NCBI RefSeq assembly: GCF_001194135.2
Contig: NC_068990.1
Coordinates: 78,363,498-78,427,497, forward strand
Reading direction: 5' to 3'
DNA: 64,000 nucleotides
Source of the DNA: Octopus bimaculoides
Taxonomy: Eukaryota
The position numbers and the translations under genes were made by a program. This document shows, in pieces, positions 13,355 to 25,726 of this stretch. Within the stretch, counting starts at the first letter, position 1; every line of letters begins with the position of its first letter. The notes beneath the pieces were generated by a model. The model was not told where the DNA came from. It made no database searches and worked only from the letters and a program-made list of their open reading frames with translations.

Positions 13355-13878
13355 GTTGCACAAATCTGCTAGAAATCACAACCAAATCTCTCAATATGTA
13401 ATAACCTTTGAAAAAACAAAGGGAGACATAACTTGCTAAACATTTCTCTCAGTTCACATTCTATCATCTCAAAAAATGAAAACAGAGAGAAGGAAGGACA
13501 CAGAAAACTGGATAGCCATGGCTGGAATATTTCTTTCATTACTTGTCTGTTCAATCAGACGAAATAACAAGCAACTCAGAAGTTTTCAGTTCAGATACAC
13601 TTCAGGGATTTAGAGTGTTGGAAATAAGTTGAAGCTGATCTGGAAATGTGCCTGTCAGGAGCCACCATCAACAATAAGGGATTCTCCATGTGGTTGAGTA
13701 GCTAGAAACAACCAGATACATTTTCCTCAAATCACATACCACTGCTTCAAAAGAAAAAAAAATACTGACATTGAATAATATAATCCCAGTCAAACTATTT
13801 CTGAACACATAAGGGGATGGCATAACTGGAAGGTCTGCTCAATCAGGGTTGACCTGGGACTAAGCAGCAACAGCAAAA
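13355..13878 (+). mobile_element. Two tandem degenerate copies (about 13355-13575 and 13655-13878) of a SINE-like family with an (AAC)-like tail
   Basis: Shared blocks gctagaaa..aaccaaatct/agat..tcaaatcaca, ggatagccatggctggaa / ggatggcataactggaa and gtctgttcaatcag / gtctgctcaatcag; third copy reversed at about 42520-42715. Confidence 0.55.
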
Positions 13879-15095
13879 TAACTAATAATAATCATTTCAG
13901 CTGCAGTGATGCCAGCACTGCCACCATCTGGTCCCTTACCCTAATAAAGTATTGCTTTAAAAAGCCCGGTCACCTGCCACTTCTTTTGTTGTATTTATAA
14001 AAGTCAATACGAAATATTTACAGATATTCATTCTTGATAACAGTAAATGGAAGATGGCAACAGTAGGAAGAGTAGTGATAATGGTGATGCCAGTAGCAGC
14101 AGCAGTGTTTAGAAAATTCTTTAACTCAAAGTAAACAACAAAAGAATCTGTAGATTCTTGCATGTGGTTTGAGAGTAGGAACTCTTCTGAAAAGAAAGAA
14201 AAAAAACCCCAACCACAGCCATTACCATTCCAAGATTGGATAAGATTTAGATTCAACAGAGAGAAACTGTTAAGAAATCAGACAGTCATATTTCTCTTCC
14301 CCTCAAACACAGTTCCATTTGCCATCAATAACATTCTTAATTTAACCTAAAACTATTGTTAATTGGAATGAAGATTATGAACTAATGTCAGGTGATGCAA
14401 AAACACCAAGAAATGCACAAGCAACACCAACTGATGTGCACCTTGTACTGTAGAGAAGCAGATGCAAGCAAAACACACACACAGTCAAGTTTTTAAAATT
14501 TTTACTTGCTTTTTTCCCCCACGAAAGTATCAATTAACACACACACACACACACACACACATGAAAAGGTGTATATATCCATGTAGAAACAAATACAAAT
14601 TCATACATACATACAGATATATGCAATCATGCCAAGTTGTGCAGTGGTTCATATTCACATGCATACACATGTACAAAAGTGTACAAAATTCATGCACATG
14701 TGTACACATTTATATGCACAAACAGTTAAATGTGTATATATTTACTTGAATAAGGCACTGGTGTGTATACATACAAATACAAAATTTGCAGAGAGAAAAT
14801 AAAAACAATACAACAAGGGGTAACTAAGACAACACCATACCAACATGTCTACACCAGTCTACTATATTTATATTTAGCAACCATTCAGTGGGTAAGAAGC
14901 CAAGGTTAGCAAACATATTCTATGATATACACCATATCAACTTTCTTGTACCAGGTAAAAATGGCAGACTGTGAAAATACAGACTAGGAGAGAAAAGAAC
15001 TAAAATTTTCTGATAACATTTTCTGAGAAGTAGTGAGTCGATTGCTACTTACACAAGCATAGTGCTGATTGAATTTACAAGCAATTAAACCAAAC

Positions 15096-15096
<1 letters not shown>

Positions 15097-15137
<41 letters not shown>
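15097..15137. repeat. (TA)n microsatellite
   Basis: Directly visible. Confidence 0.97.
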
Positions 15138-15140
<3 letters not shown>

Positions 15141-15319
15141 TCCTGAATTGTAAGACATGTTTCAGAGCTTTTGATTGCAAGACAGTGTATAAAGAAAGAT
15201 AATCAAAATGTTGTGGGTGAGATGAGTGAATGGGTGAATGATAGTGCACTTGCACCTAGTGATTCTGGAAAAAACAAAAAAGAGGGAGGCACGAAAGTGC
15301 TGCTATGAAAAACTATTGA

Positions 15320-15720
15320 ATATGAAAAATGCTTGGGAGAAGAATACTTTCTCAATGTGGATCCAACAGAGAGACCAGCCATTGGAGTTGACAGAAGCAT
15401 GATGGCTAAAGCAATCAAAGATATGAAGACAAGGAAAGCTCCTCAATCATCAGGAATCACTGATGAAATGCTTACAATGTCTGGCAGAGTAGGATATGGC
15501 CTAATTACCTGTATAGTCAGTTAGGTTGTACAGGAAGGTATTATGTCCAATGACAGGTAGCAAAATTATAGTCGCTTTTACAAAGGTAATGGAGACACCT
15601 TAGATAGAAATAATTAGAGGTATCCAATTGCTGGATCAGGTCATGAAAGTTACAGAGAGTTATGGCACAATTGATTAGGAACATAATTAACCTAGATGAG
15701 ATGCAGTTTGGTTTTGCAAT
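15320..15720 (+). mobile_element. RTE-clade LINE fragment (start of RT domain)
   Basis: NVDPTERPAIGVDRSMMAKAIKDMKTRKAPQSSGITDEML...QLLDQVMKVTERVMAQLIRNIINLDEMQFGF; same family as 35600-35950. Confidence 0.9.
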
Positions 15721-16177
15721 CTGAGGTGTCAAAACGAAAGAGTTAACAAACTGTCAGTATAGCTCTCAACAAACCTCCCAGTCTGTAACTGTTTCACTTC
15801 CATTGGAGACAATGGTCAGTTACAAGATAACACTAAGAGTGATGTTGAAACAACAAAATTATGGAAAAATCAAAACACCTTGAGAAATGCTTTTCAATAA
15901 GTATTGGAGCCTCAAAGAGAATTATAGAAACCAAGAGTGGATTTCTTAACATGGTGTTCTAGCTACCAAAATTGACATTGTGCAATATTAACATCAGCAA
16001 ACTTCAATAAGTAGCAACCTGATCCAGATAATACAAGTTAATTGACACAGGAGTTAAAACTTAATGATGTTGCCAACTACCCAGTAGGGTATGTATTTTA
16101 GTGTGTATGCATGTGTGTGTATACACACACACACACACATGTATATATGTATGTGTGTATACATACACACAATAATT

Positions 16178-17000
16178 ATATTCTTTCTTCTTATGACTGG
16201 ATTCCAACCAGAGTCACAGCAACAAAGCCCACCCACCACACTTTTCGGTCCAACATCACTGACTTGAGATGCATTTTCCAGGTCAGATTCTGTGATCAAG
16301 TTGCTGATATAAGTGTGATGATATTTTCTGCTTCCTACATCACCATGAAGTGGGGTCCATAAGACTAATTTGGATGCTTCCAGTCCAGAGTGGTGCACGC
16401 AGTGACCAGATAGTTGCAGCCAGTTTTGCCTGATCTTCTTTAAGGTGTCCTTAAAGGAAATCGTTTGTCATATGTTGGCTGCCATTTCACATTTAGGCCC
16501 ATTTGCAGCATCCTTGTGTAGCCGCCATCAAGCCGGTTTGATCATTTCTTTGTCAGTTGTTACGGTTATCTCTACAGATTTCCTATAGAAATTATTGACT
16601 TATAAAAGCATTTAATACGCTTTGTGTCCCCACAGATCATTTTTTGTCCATGTTTCACAGCCATATAATAGAACTGATCCTGGGCAATTTTAAATTTCAG
16701 ACCTTTTTTTTTTTTTAGTTTGTGACAATCTGTCCATGCTTGTACCTTCCTCATCTTACTTCTGAACTGCTCACCCAAACAAGAACTTGTAGTTTTCTAC
16801 ATCATTCAGTTTAAAACAGTTCAAAGCAAACAGCTCAGCATCACATGTATTCAGTTTTCTTGACAATTGAATTGCAGTCCTATTTCATCAGTTGATGTTT
16901 CTACTCTGCTGAGCTTAAGCAACTTCATCAGATACCAAGTGCTGTATCATCTGCAAAGTCCAGGCCAGTGATGGTTCCTGCTGCTACTCTCTACATTGCA
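16178..17000 (-). mobile_element. RTEX-like LINE 3' remnant (RT motif 5 to C-terminus)
   Basis: LDFADDTAL; VLLYGCETWT; RLDGGYTRMLQMGLNVKW; KIRQNWLQLSGHCVHHSGLEASKLVLWTPLHG; (AAG)-like tail at about 16180. Confidence 0.8.
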
Positions 17001-17445
17001 GAATCTAATACATCTACCACCCCTCTTGACCCGGCATACTTTGCTTCTGATTTTGTTGGTAATATATTAGAAACAAGTGTTGTGGCTTAATTGAAAAGTT
17101 ATAACAATGTCCAAGCTTTCATTCTAGTATGCACTTAAGTTTCGAATTAATTTTAAAGAGTTTAGCATTTACAAATTTTGATAACAATAACTATTATATA
17201 ATATTATTCTTGACTATAAGTGGCTTCCACTTTGATTAAATAATACAGGACACTTTCTGATATCCAGAAAAACATCAATGTGTGCCCTGCTTTTCTCAGA
17301 TTTCAATACATGTGAAAGGAGCACAGATAAATCCTTAGAAGTAAACGAGCAGTTAATAATATAAAACACATTAATGAAGATCACTTTAAATCCTTTCTTT
17401 TTTTTAAGAATGTTTTAAGATTGTTTGAACATTGGCTGTACCAAC

Positions 17446-17479
<34 letters not shown>

Positions 17480-17480
<1 letters not shown>

Positions 17481-17591
17481 TGCTGAGGTCGACTTTGTCT
17501 TTCATCCTTTCAGGGTTAATAAATTAAGTACCAGTGAAATCAACAAGTCCCCTCCTCCAAAACTTCAGACCTTGTCACTTTAGTAGAAAGG

Positions 17592-17638
<47 letters not shown>

Positions 17639-17680
17639 GGCAGTGAGGTGGCAGAATCATTAGCACGTTGGGCAAAATAC
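17480..17680 (+). mobile_element. SINE family A: 5'-truncated copy plus head fragment, embedded in (ATT)n tracts
   Basis: gctgaggtcgactttgtctttcatcctttcagggttaataaattaagtaccag...tagtagaaaggatt; head aaggcagtgaggtggcagaatcattagcacg at about 17637. Confidence 0.85.
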
Positions 17681-18261
17681 TTTATTAATTTTATTAATTT
17701 TACTCACGTTTCTATCTTAGTAGGAACTGATGGATAAAGAAATCAAACTACATAAACAAATGGCAGCAAAACCATTCAGAAACTAAATAACACTAACATA
17801 TTTTTATAATATATATATTATAATACATACATATTAACACTTTACAGTGTTTTAGAGCAAGGGTACTTGGATAATAAATATTGGATTGAAAAGTTTACTA
17901 TGGATTTCCTAGCATAAAAATGAATAAAAGAATAATAACTACAGACTAGAAATTTAACTAATCATTTTAATGTAGAAAAAAACGAAGTAATTGACATCAG
18001 TAACATCAGTGATAAGAAACGAGCTCATAACCATCAAAACATGACTGCCATCATTTCTGAGTGATACTGGTTTATCACAAGCTGAACATTGGAGTATAAA
18101 CAGGATTGAGCGAACAGATATTGCCTGTCGGTTAGATTAGTGAACAGCTAAGCCAGTAGCACAGTGTTCAAGTAGCAGCGAAATCCAGCCTCTTACTATT
18201 TACAACACATACATATGTGCATAACAACAGTCTTACATGAGGACAAATGTTTTTTTTTATT

Positions 18262-18612
18262 GTTTATTGGCTTTTAATGTCCACTTTTCCATGCTTGCAT
18301 GAGTCAGATGAAATTCATTGAGGTGGATACCCTTCACCTGTTTCCAAGCAAAATATTTTCCCACATTTTCACAGAACACTGGAAATAATGACTCAACTTG
18401 TATGATGGTCACACATGTTTCTAATGACTGCACCTTCATGATGTCAAGACAAGGAGACACACACACACACACACACGTGCACATGTAACAAAGCATGAGT
18501 TTTCTGCTATAGTTCTGGGCAGACCAAATCCATTTACAAAGCTTTGGTCTGCCTGCAGTGATAACAGAAGTCATTTGCCCAAGGGCCCCAGAATTGGACT
18601 GAATGCAAAACC
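18262..18612 (-). mobile_element. CORE-head SINE with internal (TG)n and an RTE-type tail
   Basis: Reverse complement reads cccttgggcaaatgacttctg...gcagaccaaagctttgtaaatggatttgg...(TG)n...catgcaagcatggaaaagtggacattaaa. Confidence 0.75.
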
Positions 18613-19128
18613 ACTTTCAACAGAGGAAGTTAAATGATACATTTTTCTTTAATGAATACAGAAAAGACTGAGTTGGCAACAAGGACACCATGTTATACAG
18701 CAAAGCATTTGTTTTTCTATCCTCTTACAACTTAGAAAGGTGGCAGAATTGGAACAGAAGTGTGTGTGGGATTGTGTGTGTGTTGAGTGCAGGTAGTTAA
18801 AACTAAGATATTTGAAAAACTCATATGGTTACTTTTACGTTGCACTCAAAAAAGATCTATTAATGCTTGTTGACTGCTGCTTTAAAATGCCCCAAATTCA
18901 AGCCCTAACAGAGTTGCATAGCTCAGACTAGGGAGGTTGTTATTTATTTCTTAAAAAACATCCCAATATTGCAGTGTCACATCTCAAAGTTTTCTAGGAG
19001 AGTCAAAAGTCATAAAACAACATGAAGCTATGTAACCATACAAAAAGGAACCTCAACTCAAGTCACCTGGCTCTATTGTTATCTCTGGACCCACATAGTA
19101 AATATCATTTCAAAAAGCAAAAAACATA

Positions 19129-20235
19129 AAAGGGGATACCCAAAAGTAACCGGAAACATTCTTTGTGGGGCAAGACTGTAGTAGTTCAGGTTTCTGCCAC
19201 TTGATACAACCCCTAGGCATCTTTGTTTTGCAGTGTTTCTCCCTTATTTGTCAAAATTTTGCAATGGCTAAAATGAAAGAACAGTGTGCTTCCATGAAAT
19301 TCTGTTTTGTGTTGGGGAAAATGACGATCAAAACAGTTGCCATGCTTCAAAGAGCTTACAAGGGTACTGCCAAACAATTGACGAACTTGTTGATATGACT
19401 GGTATGTCCTGGAGCTCCTGCTAATGAATTGTGAGCGAGGAATCGTGAATGAAAAGGTTGCAGCAAAATTTGTAACTCGCTTGCTCACAGAAGATCAAAA
19501 GCAGCCATGACTGAATGCATGTTGTGAACTGAAAGAACAGCTGGAAGTTGATCCGGATCTTTTTCAAAGGTCATCACTGGTGATGAAAGCTGGTGCTACA
19601 GCTTTGACCCAGAAACAGAACAGCAGTCAAGTCAATGGAAGCATTCAATATCACCCACCAAAAAGTACATCAAGTGAAGTCCAGTGTCAAGTCAATGCTG
19701 GTTTCTTTCCTCGATGAGAACGGAATTGTCCACGCAAAATTTGTTCCTCCTGGTCAAACTGTTAACCAGACATTTTACTTGGCAGCTCTGAAGCATTTGT
19801 GAGACACGGTGAGACGAAAACGCCATGACCTGTGGTAAAGTGGAGAGTGGCAGTTTCATCATGATAATGCGTCTGCACACACCGCCTTGAAACAGTTTTT
19901 TACCAAAATTGGCATGACTCCACTTACCTACCCTCCCTATTCCCCCAGTCTTGCTCCCTGCAACTCTTTTTTTGTTTTGTTCCCCGGAATGAAAAAAATC
20001 CTTAAAGGAAAACGTTTTGCAGATGTGGAAGAGATGAAGAAAAAAACAACAGAAGAATTAAAAGACATAACTTCGTAAGAGTTCCAGGACTGCTTCAAAG
20101 AGGGGAAAATACATCTGGACTGATGCATTGCTTCAAATGGAGAATATTTTGAAGGTGATAAAAATGTAAACATGTAAAAATGAGTTAATAAAATAATACT
20201 GCAAAATTCCGGTTTCTTTTGGGGGTACCCCCTTG
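19129..20235 (+). mobile_element. Mariner (DD34D) DNA transposon relic with both TIRs and TA TSDs; transposase disrupted and internally deleted
   Basis: TIRs aaggggatacccaaaagtaaccggaa / ttccggtttcttttgggggtacccccttg; TA at 19127-28 and 20236-37; AAKFVTRLLT, VITGDESWCYSFDPE, FHHDNASAH, YPPYSPSLAPCNSF, CIASNGEYFEG. Confidence 0.95.
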
Positions 20236-20629
20236 TACTGTCTCAGAAAAAAGAAATATTGTTTACACATCATGAATTCTATTATCCTAGGATGCCTGCA
20301 TCTATGTCAATGTTGATGAACAGACAACCGTATAACATTCAATGAACACAATGTTTGCACAAAACTAGAAAACAAAATGCCACTTCTCTTTTTCAAATAT
20401 GAACCCATTGTAAGAATATCATCTGAAATTGTTGATAATATCTCAATCCAGTTAACACCATTCTAATTAAGCTTTATGAAAACACCTCCAAAGTGAGAAT
20501 GTTGTGAAAGGAGTTGAAGGTTAGTAAAGAATATATTCATACAAATGGATCACACTTTTGAGAAGAGGGAACAGTCAATATTATGAAACCCAGTATGTGA
20601 GTAGTTAAATAGTCCACTTCACAATAATA

Positions 20630-20750
20630 AGGTTCAGGGCTCAATCCCATAGCATGGCAAGTGTCTTTAATCAGAGCACTGGGTCAAGTCAAGTTTTGTG
20701 AGTGAAATCAGGTGAGAGAGAAACTGAACTGAAGCATTTCTAATGAAGTA
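20630..20750 (+). mobile_element. Degenerate CORE-head SINE fragment
   Basis: ggttcagggctcaatcccat..ggcaagtgtct..gtgagtgaaat..gagagaaactgaa resembles 31905-32000. Confidence 0.5.
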
Positions 20751-21039
20751 TGACAATAATTGATCAAACAACTGGAATGGTCATTACTGAGTGTGATGGA
20801 GCATCTATATTTACCATTATGGTTTTATATGAATAACAAATGAGTTTCTAAGTATTCTACATATAAAAATAGATGTTCACGTGTGTGTAGGTGTGTTATG
20901 CACCTAAAAAGGTCGAATTCACATCATAATAACACTGAACCAGAAATTCCAGTGCAGAGATTCAGATACCATCTTTCTTCTCTTCAATACATGTGCCAAG
21001 TCTTGTCTTGATTATTTCTGCCCAAAAATGTTATGGGAA

Positions 21040-21200
21040 AGGTTAGCATTAGGAAGGGCATCCAGCCTTAGAAACCATGCCCAATATGACATTGGAGCAC
21101 AATGTAGTCCTTTGATTAATCAGTTCCTTGTCAAACTTTTCAACCCATCTAAGCATGGAACATGGACATCAAATAATGACGATGATGATGATGATGATGC
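21040..21200 (+). mobile_element. RTE 3'-UTR/tail fragment ending in (GAT)n
   Basis: ttagcattaggaagggcatccagcc..ttcaacccatctaagcatggaacatggacatcaaataatgacgatgatgat. Confidence 0.85.
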
Positions 21201-21214
21201 TAGTATTAAGTTCA

Positions 21215-21460
21215 CAAGTCATCCAAGAATGGAGTTCAGAGCCATATGCCCTCTACAAAAATCAAAATCAGATCACATAACAACATTTTTACTTCAGTTG
21301 GCCCTGCCTTATTTAGCATTGTTCCAAAAGAAATCAAGAAAGAAAAAGGCCCCAAAACATGGTACCTAGACAAATTCCTCCAAGAAATACCAGACAAATC
21401 AACACCTGGATATACCTCGACAAATAACAACTCCCTTCACAAAAAGATTGAGATGGCCCA
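21215..21460 (+). mobile_element. CR1-like LINE C-terminal fragment
   Basis: NNIFTSVGPALFSIVPKEIKK...LDKFLQEIPDKSTPGYTSTNNNSL, typical of the CR1/L2-group ORF2 end. Confidence 0.7.
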
Positions 21461-22558
21461 AAACATGACTGAAAGATTACACAGGGGGTGTCATTAAGTT
21501 CGACATGCCTTAGACTGATAAGGGTCAAAACCTAACGTATATATGTATACATGTATGTATGTATATGAGTGTGCATATATGTGTGTGATTGTAGTATGTG
21601 TGTGATTGTAGTATGTGTGTNNNNNNNNNNNNNNNNNNNNNNNNNNNNNNNNNNNNNNNNNNNNNNNNNNNNNNNNNNNNNNNNNNNNNNNNNNNNNNNN
21701 NNNNNNNNNNNNNNNNNNNNNNNNNNNNNNNNNNNNNNNATATATGTATTCATACATACACACACATACATCCACACCCACATAGCCCTTCCAAAGTAGA
21801 CATGAAAGCATGAGATTTGAATTAGTCAAATTCTGTCAAACAGGCCAAGCTGGACATTAAATGATGATTAATAATTACACACACATACACACACACACTG
21901 TATTCAATGGCTTATTAGATGCATCCCTATTTCAGCAGTGCATATTAAGGGCAAAAAAACAAAACAAAACAAAACATGAGTATCAGGGACAAAATTAGTT
22001 GATGGGAGGCCCAACTTAACATACGAGAGCTGAGATGATGTTTTGAGATATTTTCTTGGAAAAAAAGAAAAGTGTCACTTTTATACTTTCAAATATGGGG
22101 GGTGTGTGTGTGTGTGTGTATGTGTCATCATCTTATGTGAACACACACCCACAAACAATTGTATGTGTGTGTGTGTGCGCTCGTGTATGTGTGTGTGAAA
22201 TATACATGTATATAGAGTTAGAAATTATGTCTACGGAGATATGCAGAATGTGCGGAGAGGGTAGAATAATAATATATTTATATATAAATAACGTTAAACC
22301 ATAAAAAAAACCTCAACAAAAATCACATGAAGAGGGAGAAAGAGAAAAGATAAAAGATGAAGTGAGTAAATGTGAGTATGAGTCACCTGTCTTGTGTGTG
22401 TTCCCAACAAGTCAGTAGTGGCTGGAATATAATCCTAGGAAGACAGGTTCGCAACATTGACACTACCTGGTTGTGTCTATGAAGTTGGGAAACTTATGGT
22501 GAAGAGACCGAGCTAGACTTGCTTCAGTACATCTCTCTCTACAGAGGTTTATCTTTAA

Positions 22559-22578
22559 TGGTGGTGGTGGTGGTGGTG

Positions 22579-22610
<32 letters not shown>

Positions 22611-22928
22611 GGTGATGGTGGTGAAGATAGCAGCTATAGTAGTGTTTAGTAGATCTGATTTGAATAATGTGTTCATTAGGAGAGCAATCTCTCACTCTCT
22701 CTCTCTCAGTGGTAATACCTCACTTTCCATACCTCTCTCTCTCTATCTCTCCCTCTTCCTCTCTCACTCTCGCTCTTCTCCCCTCTCTCTCTCCATCTTC
22801 CTCTCTCAGTGGTAACACTTCACTTTCTCTCTCTCTCTCTCTCTTTTGCAAACACCTGCTGAGAACATTTGGTCCGTCTTTAATTTTTTCTTTCACTCAC
22901 TCTATTTCTTTATTTCTCCACTCTTTTC

Positions 22929-23018
<90 letters not shown>

Positions 23019-23020
23019 CT
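22559..23020. repeat. Compound microsatellite block: (GGT)n/(AGT)n, CT-rich low complexity with a duplicated ctctctcagtggtaa.ac.tcacttt unit, (TG)n, (GA)n
   Basis: Directly visible; explains the poly-V and SL-rich pseudo-ORFs. Confidence 0.9.
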
Positions 23021-25058
23021 GCTAATGTTGGAATGGTTGGCTAGTCAGTATGAGTCCATCCTATCTCTTGTGTACACAGCTGAAAAATTTCATTAGCATT
23101 CACCTGTGTGTGTGTGTATGTGAATGTGTATANNNNNNNNNNNNNNNNNNNNNNNNNNNNNNNNNNNNNNNNNNNNNNNNNNNNNNNNNNNNNNNNNNNN
23201 NNNNNNNNNNNNNNNNNNNNNNNNNNNNNNNNNNNNNNNNNNNNNNNNNNNNNNNNNNNNNNNNNNNNNNNNNNNNNNNNNNNNNNNNNNNNNNNNNNNN
23301 NNNNNNNNNNNNNNNNNNNNNNNNNNNNNNNNNNNNNNNNNNNNNNNNNNNNNNNNNNNNNNNNNNNNNNNNNNNNNNNNNNNNNNNNNNNNNNNNNNNN
23401 NNNNNNNNNNNNNNNNNNNNNNNNNNNNNNNNNNNNNNNNNNNNNNNNNNNNNNNNNNNNNNNNNNNNNNNNNNNNNNNNNNNNNNNNNNNNNNNNNNNN
23501 NNNNNNNNNNNNNNNNNNNNNNNNNNNNNNNNNNNNNNNNNNNNNNNNNNNNNNNNNNNNNNNNNNNNNNNNNNNNNNNNNNNNNNNNNNNNNNNNNNNN
23601 NNNNNNNNNNNNNNNNNNNNNNNNNNNNNNNNNNNNNNNNNNNNNNNNNNNNNNNNNNNNNNNNNNNNNNNNNNNNNNNNNNNNNNNNNNNNNNNNNNNN
23701 NNNNNNNNNNNNNNNNNNNNNNNNNNNNNNNNAGACAATCCAAAGTACTAAAATAACTGCTACAAATAACAGGAAACAAGTGTTGCTATTGTCACCTCAA
23801 CCCTTCCATCACTAGATCTTTACTAAACAGCAACTATTTAACTGGCTTAAAATAGAGAAACAACAATGGAAGGGAAGGTGGTGGTGGTGGTGGTGGGGAG
23901 GGACTCATGGCTGAGAGAGAGAGAGAGAGAGAAATGACAGTATTTGTAATGTTAGAAAATTAAAGCAATCTTTCTATGAATATTTTTCAAGAATGCAAAC
24001 TCACTCCGTTCTATTGGTACAATGGCATTAACTGAAGGGTTATTTTCAAATCCTTCGAACATATGCATACCTACAGAATTTAGACACAGACACTTCATAC
24101 TCACAGAAAGAATAAATATACTCAATTTTATATTTTGTTCCATGCCCCACCGTCCTTCTCACCTTCATTTGACAGATGGAAACACATGACAGTTTTTAGT
24201 TTCATCTCTTAATGAAAAAGAATAATTTTACTTCTTGAAGAGAATCTACTAGAATAAATTGGCCAAAAGAATTCAGTGTTACTAAAGAATGTGATGAGAA
24301 ACTTGATGAACCATTTTTTAAAGGTGAGTCCATAAATACAAAGCCAGATCTCTCTATCAGCATCTTCAAGTCATTGGTGATAGGAGTTAGATGGCTGCGG
24401 AAGTTTAGACACTGGCATAGACAAGTATATACACAATGTAAAGTGACACTGTTGGCTTGATTAGCAATGAGAAGTCATTTACTGTCCAATATTGGTATTA
24501 TTATTTACAACCTTTTGTCCTTCAGCTTCTTGACCATATTACAGTCCACATGGTATCTGGGGGACACAGAAGTTGAGCAATGGTAAAAAAAAGACAAGGA
24601 CTTTTTTACAAAGACGAACCATTATTTTGATGAGTTTATGTGCAGTAAAAGTTGAGATTTGAGAAGTTAGATGATAAATATTGAATGAAATGACCCAGAC
24701 TTAAAGAGATGACAGTTAATGATTTTCACTCTAAAACAAACTATCCCTACTTGAACTGTGCTCCGTATAAGTTGAAATCTTTATTTTGTAGAGTAATGGC
24801 ACCACTGCTTTTAAGTTGGTATCTATAAGACATTGTCAAATGAAAAATCTTTTCAAGATTAACACAGCTTACTACAGTAAACAAATATCTAAATATTAAC
24901 TGAATAGTTCAAATTCTAATTGTTTGAAATTTATGCCTGATAGGCATAAAGTTTAAAAGTGAAATAAATGTAGAAGTAGAAGCTAAACTTTATTTATTGA
25001 AATATCAGCCGAGACATATATTTAATAAATTGCTTCTCTGCCTTAGTAGATATTGGGC

Positions 25059-25269
25059 TTCAAATTTCGACACAAGGCCAGCAATTTCGGGGGAGGGAAT
25101 AAGTTGATTGAATTGACTCCAGTCCTCAACTGGTACTTAATTTATCAACCATGAAAGATGAAAGGTAAAGCTGACCTTGGCAGAATTTGAACTCAGAACA
25201 CAGAGGCAGATGAAATGCCACTAAGCATTTTGCCCAGCAAGGTAATGGATTCTGCCAATTTGCTGCCTT
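25059..25269 (-). mobile_element. SINE family A, full-length copy
   Basis: ttcaaatttcgacacaaggccagc...gatgaaaggtaaagctgaccttggcagaatttgaactcagaac...ctgccaatttgctgcctt. Confidence 0.9.
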
Positions 25270-25686
25270 TGTCTAAGTAGCTATGGCTTATTTAAATTCT
25301 AAATGCAGTTTTCTTTTTAGGAATAGGGTTCAGTAAGCAGTAGATCAGCTGATTTATGATTGAATGTGGCTGACAACAAGCAGGAAGACTTCTTCCTTAA
25401 CATTCCTTGTCAAAGTCATTCAAGCAGAAGGCAATGAATAATTTCTAAGACAGTGATAGAAAAGAGAGAGAGCAGAAAGAAGAGAGGTTAAATGGAGTGC
25501 GTGTGTGAGAGAGAGGGGGGCGACGGAGAGAGAGAGAGNNNNNNNNNNCATGTGTGTTCTTTTACTGATTTTAGTCTTACTGGGGCTCTGCCTCCAAGGA
25601 TATCAATTCCTGGAAGTCAGTAGTATAAGATTTATTTCAGACCTATTGGCATCAGGACATGGTTACTGACATAACATTCAGAACCC

Positions 25687-25726
<40 letters not shown>

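Noticed and set aside
13957-14186. Strong minus-strand acceptor at 14187-14189
   Set aside because: The phase-2 frame reaches a stop before any good donor; cannot join the PTPN4 frame.
23050-23815. Long ORFs spanning N runs (also 7855-8802, 21494-21829, 32490-33169, 34248-35231)
   Set aside because: Length comes from assembly gaps; frame continuity across the 34335-35207 gap is not evidence of an intact RTE ORF.
24176-24323. Plus-strand acceptor/donor pair (ttcatttgacag ... aaag|gtgagt) suggesting an antisense exon
   Set aside because: Stops in all three frames and no partner exons; expected by chance in 64 kb.
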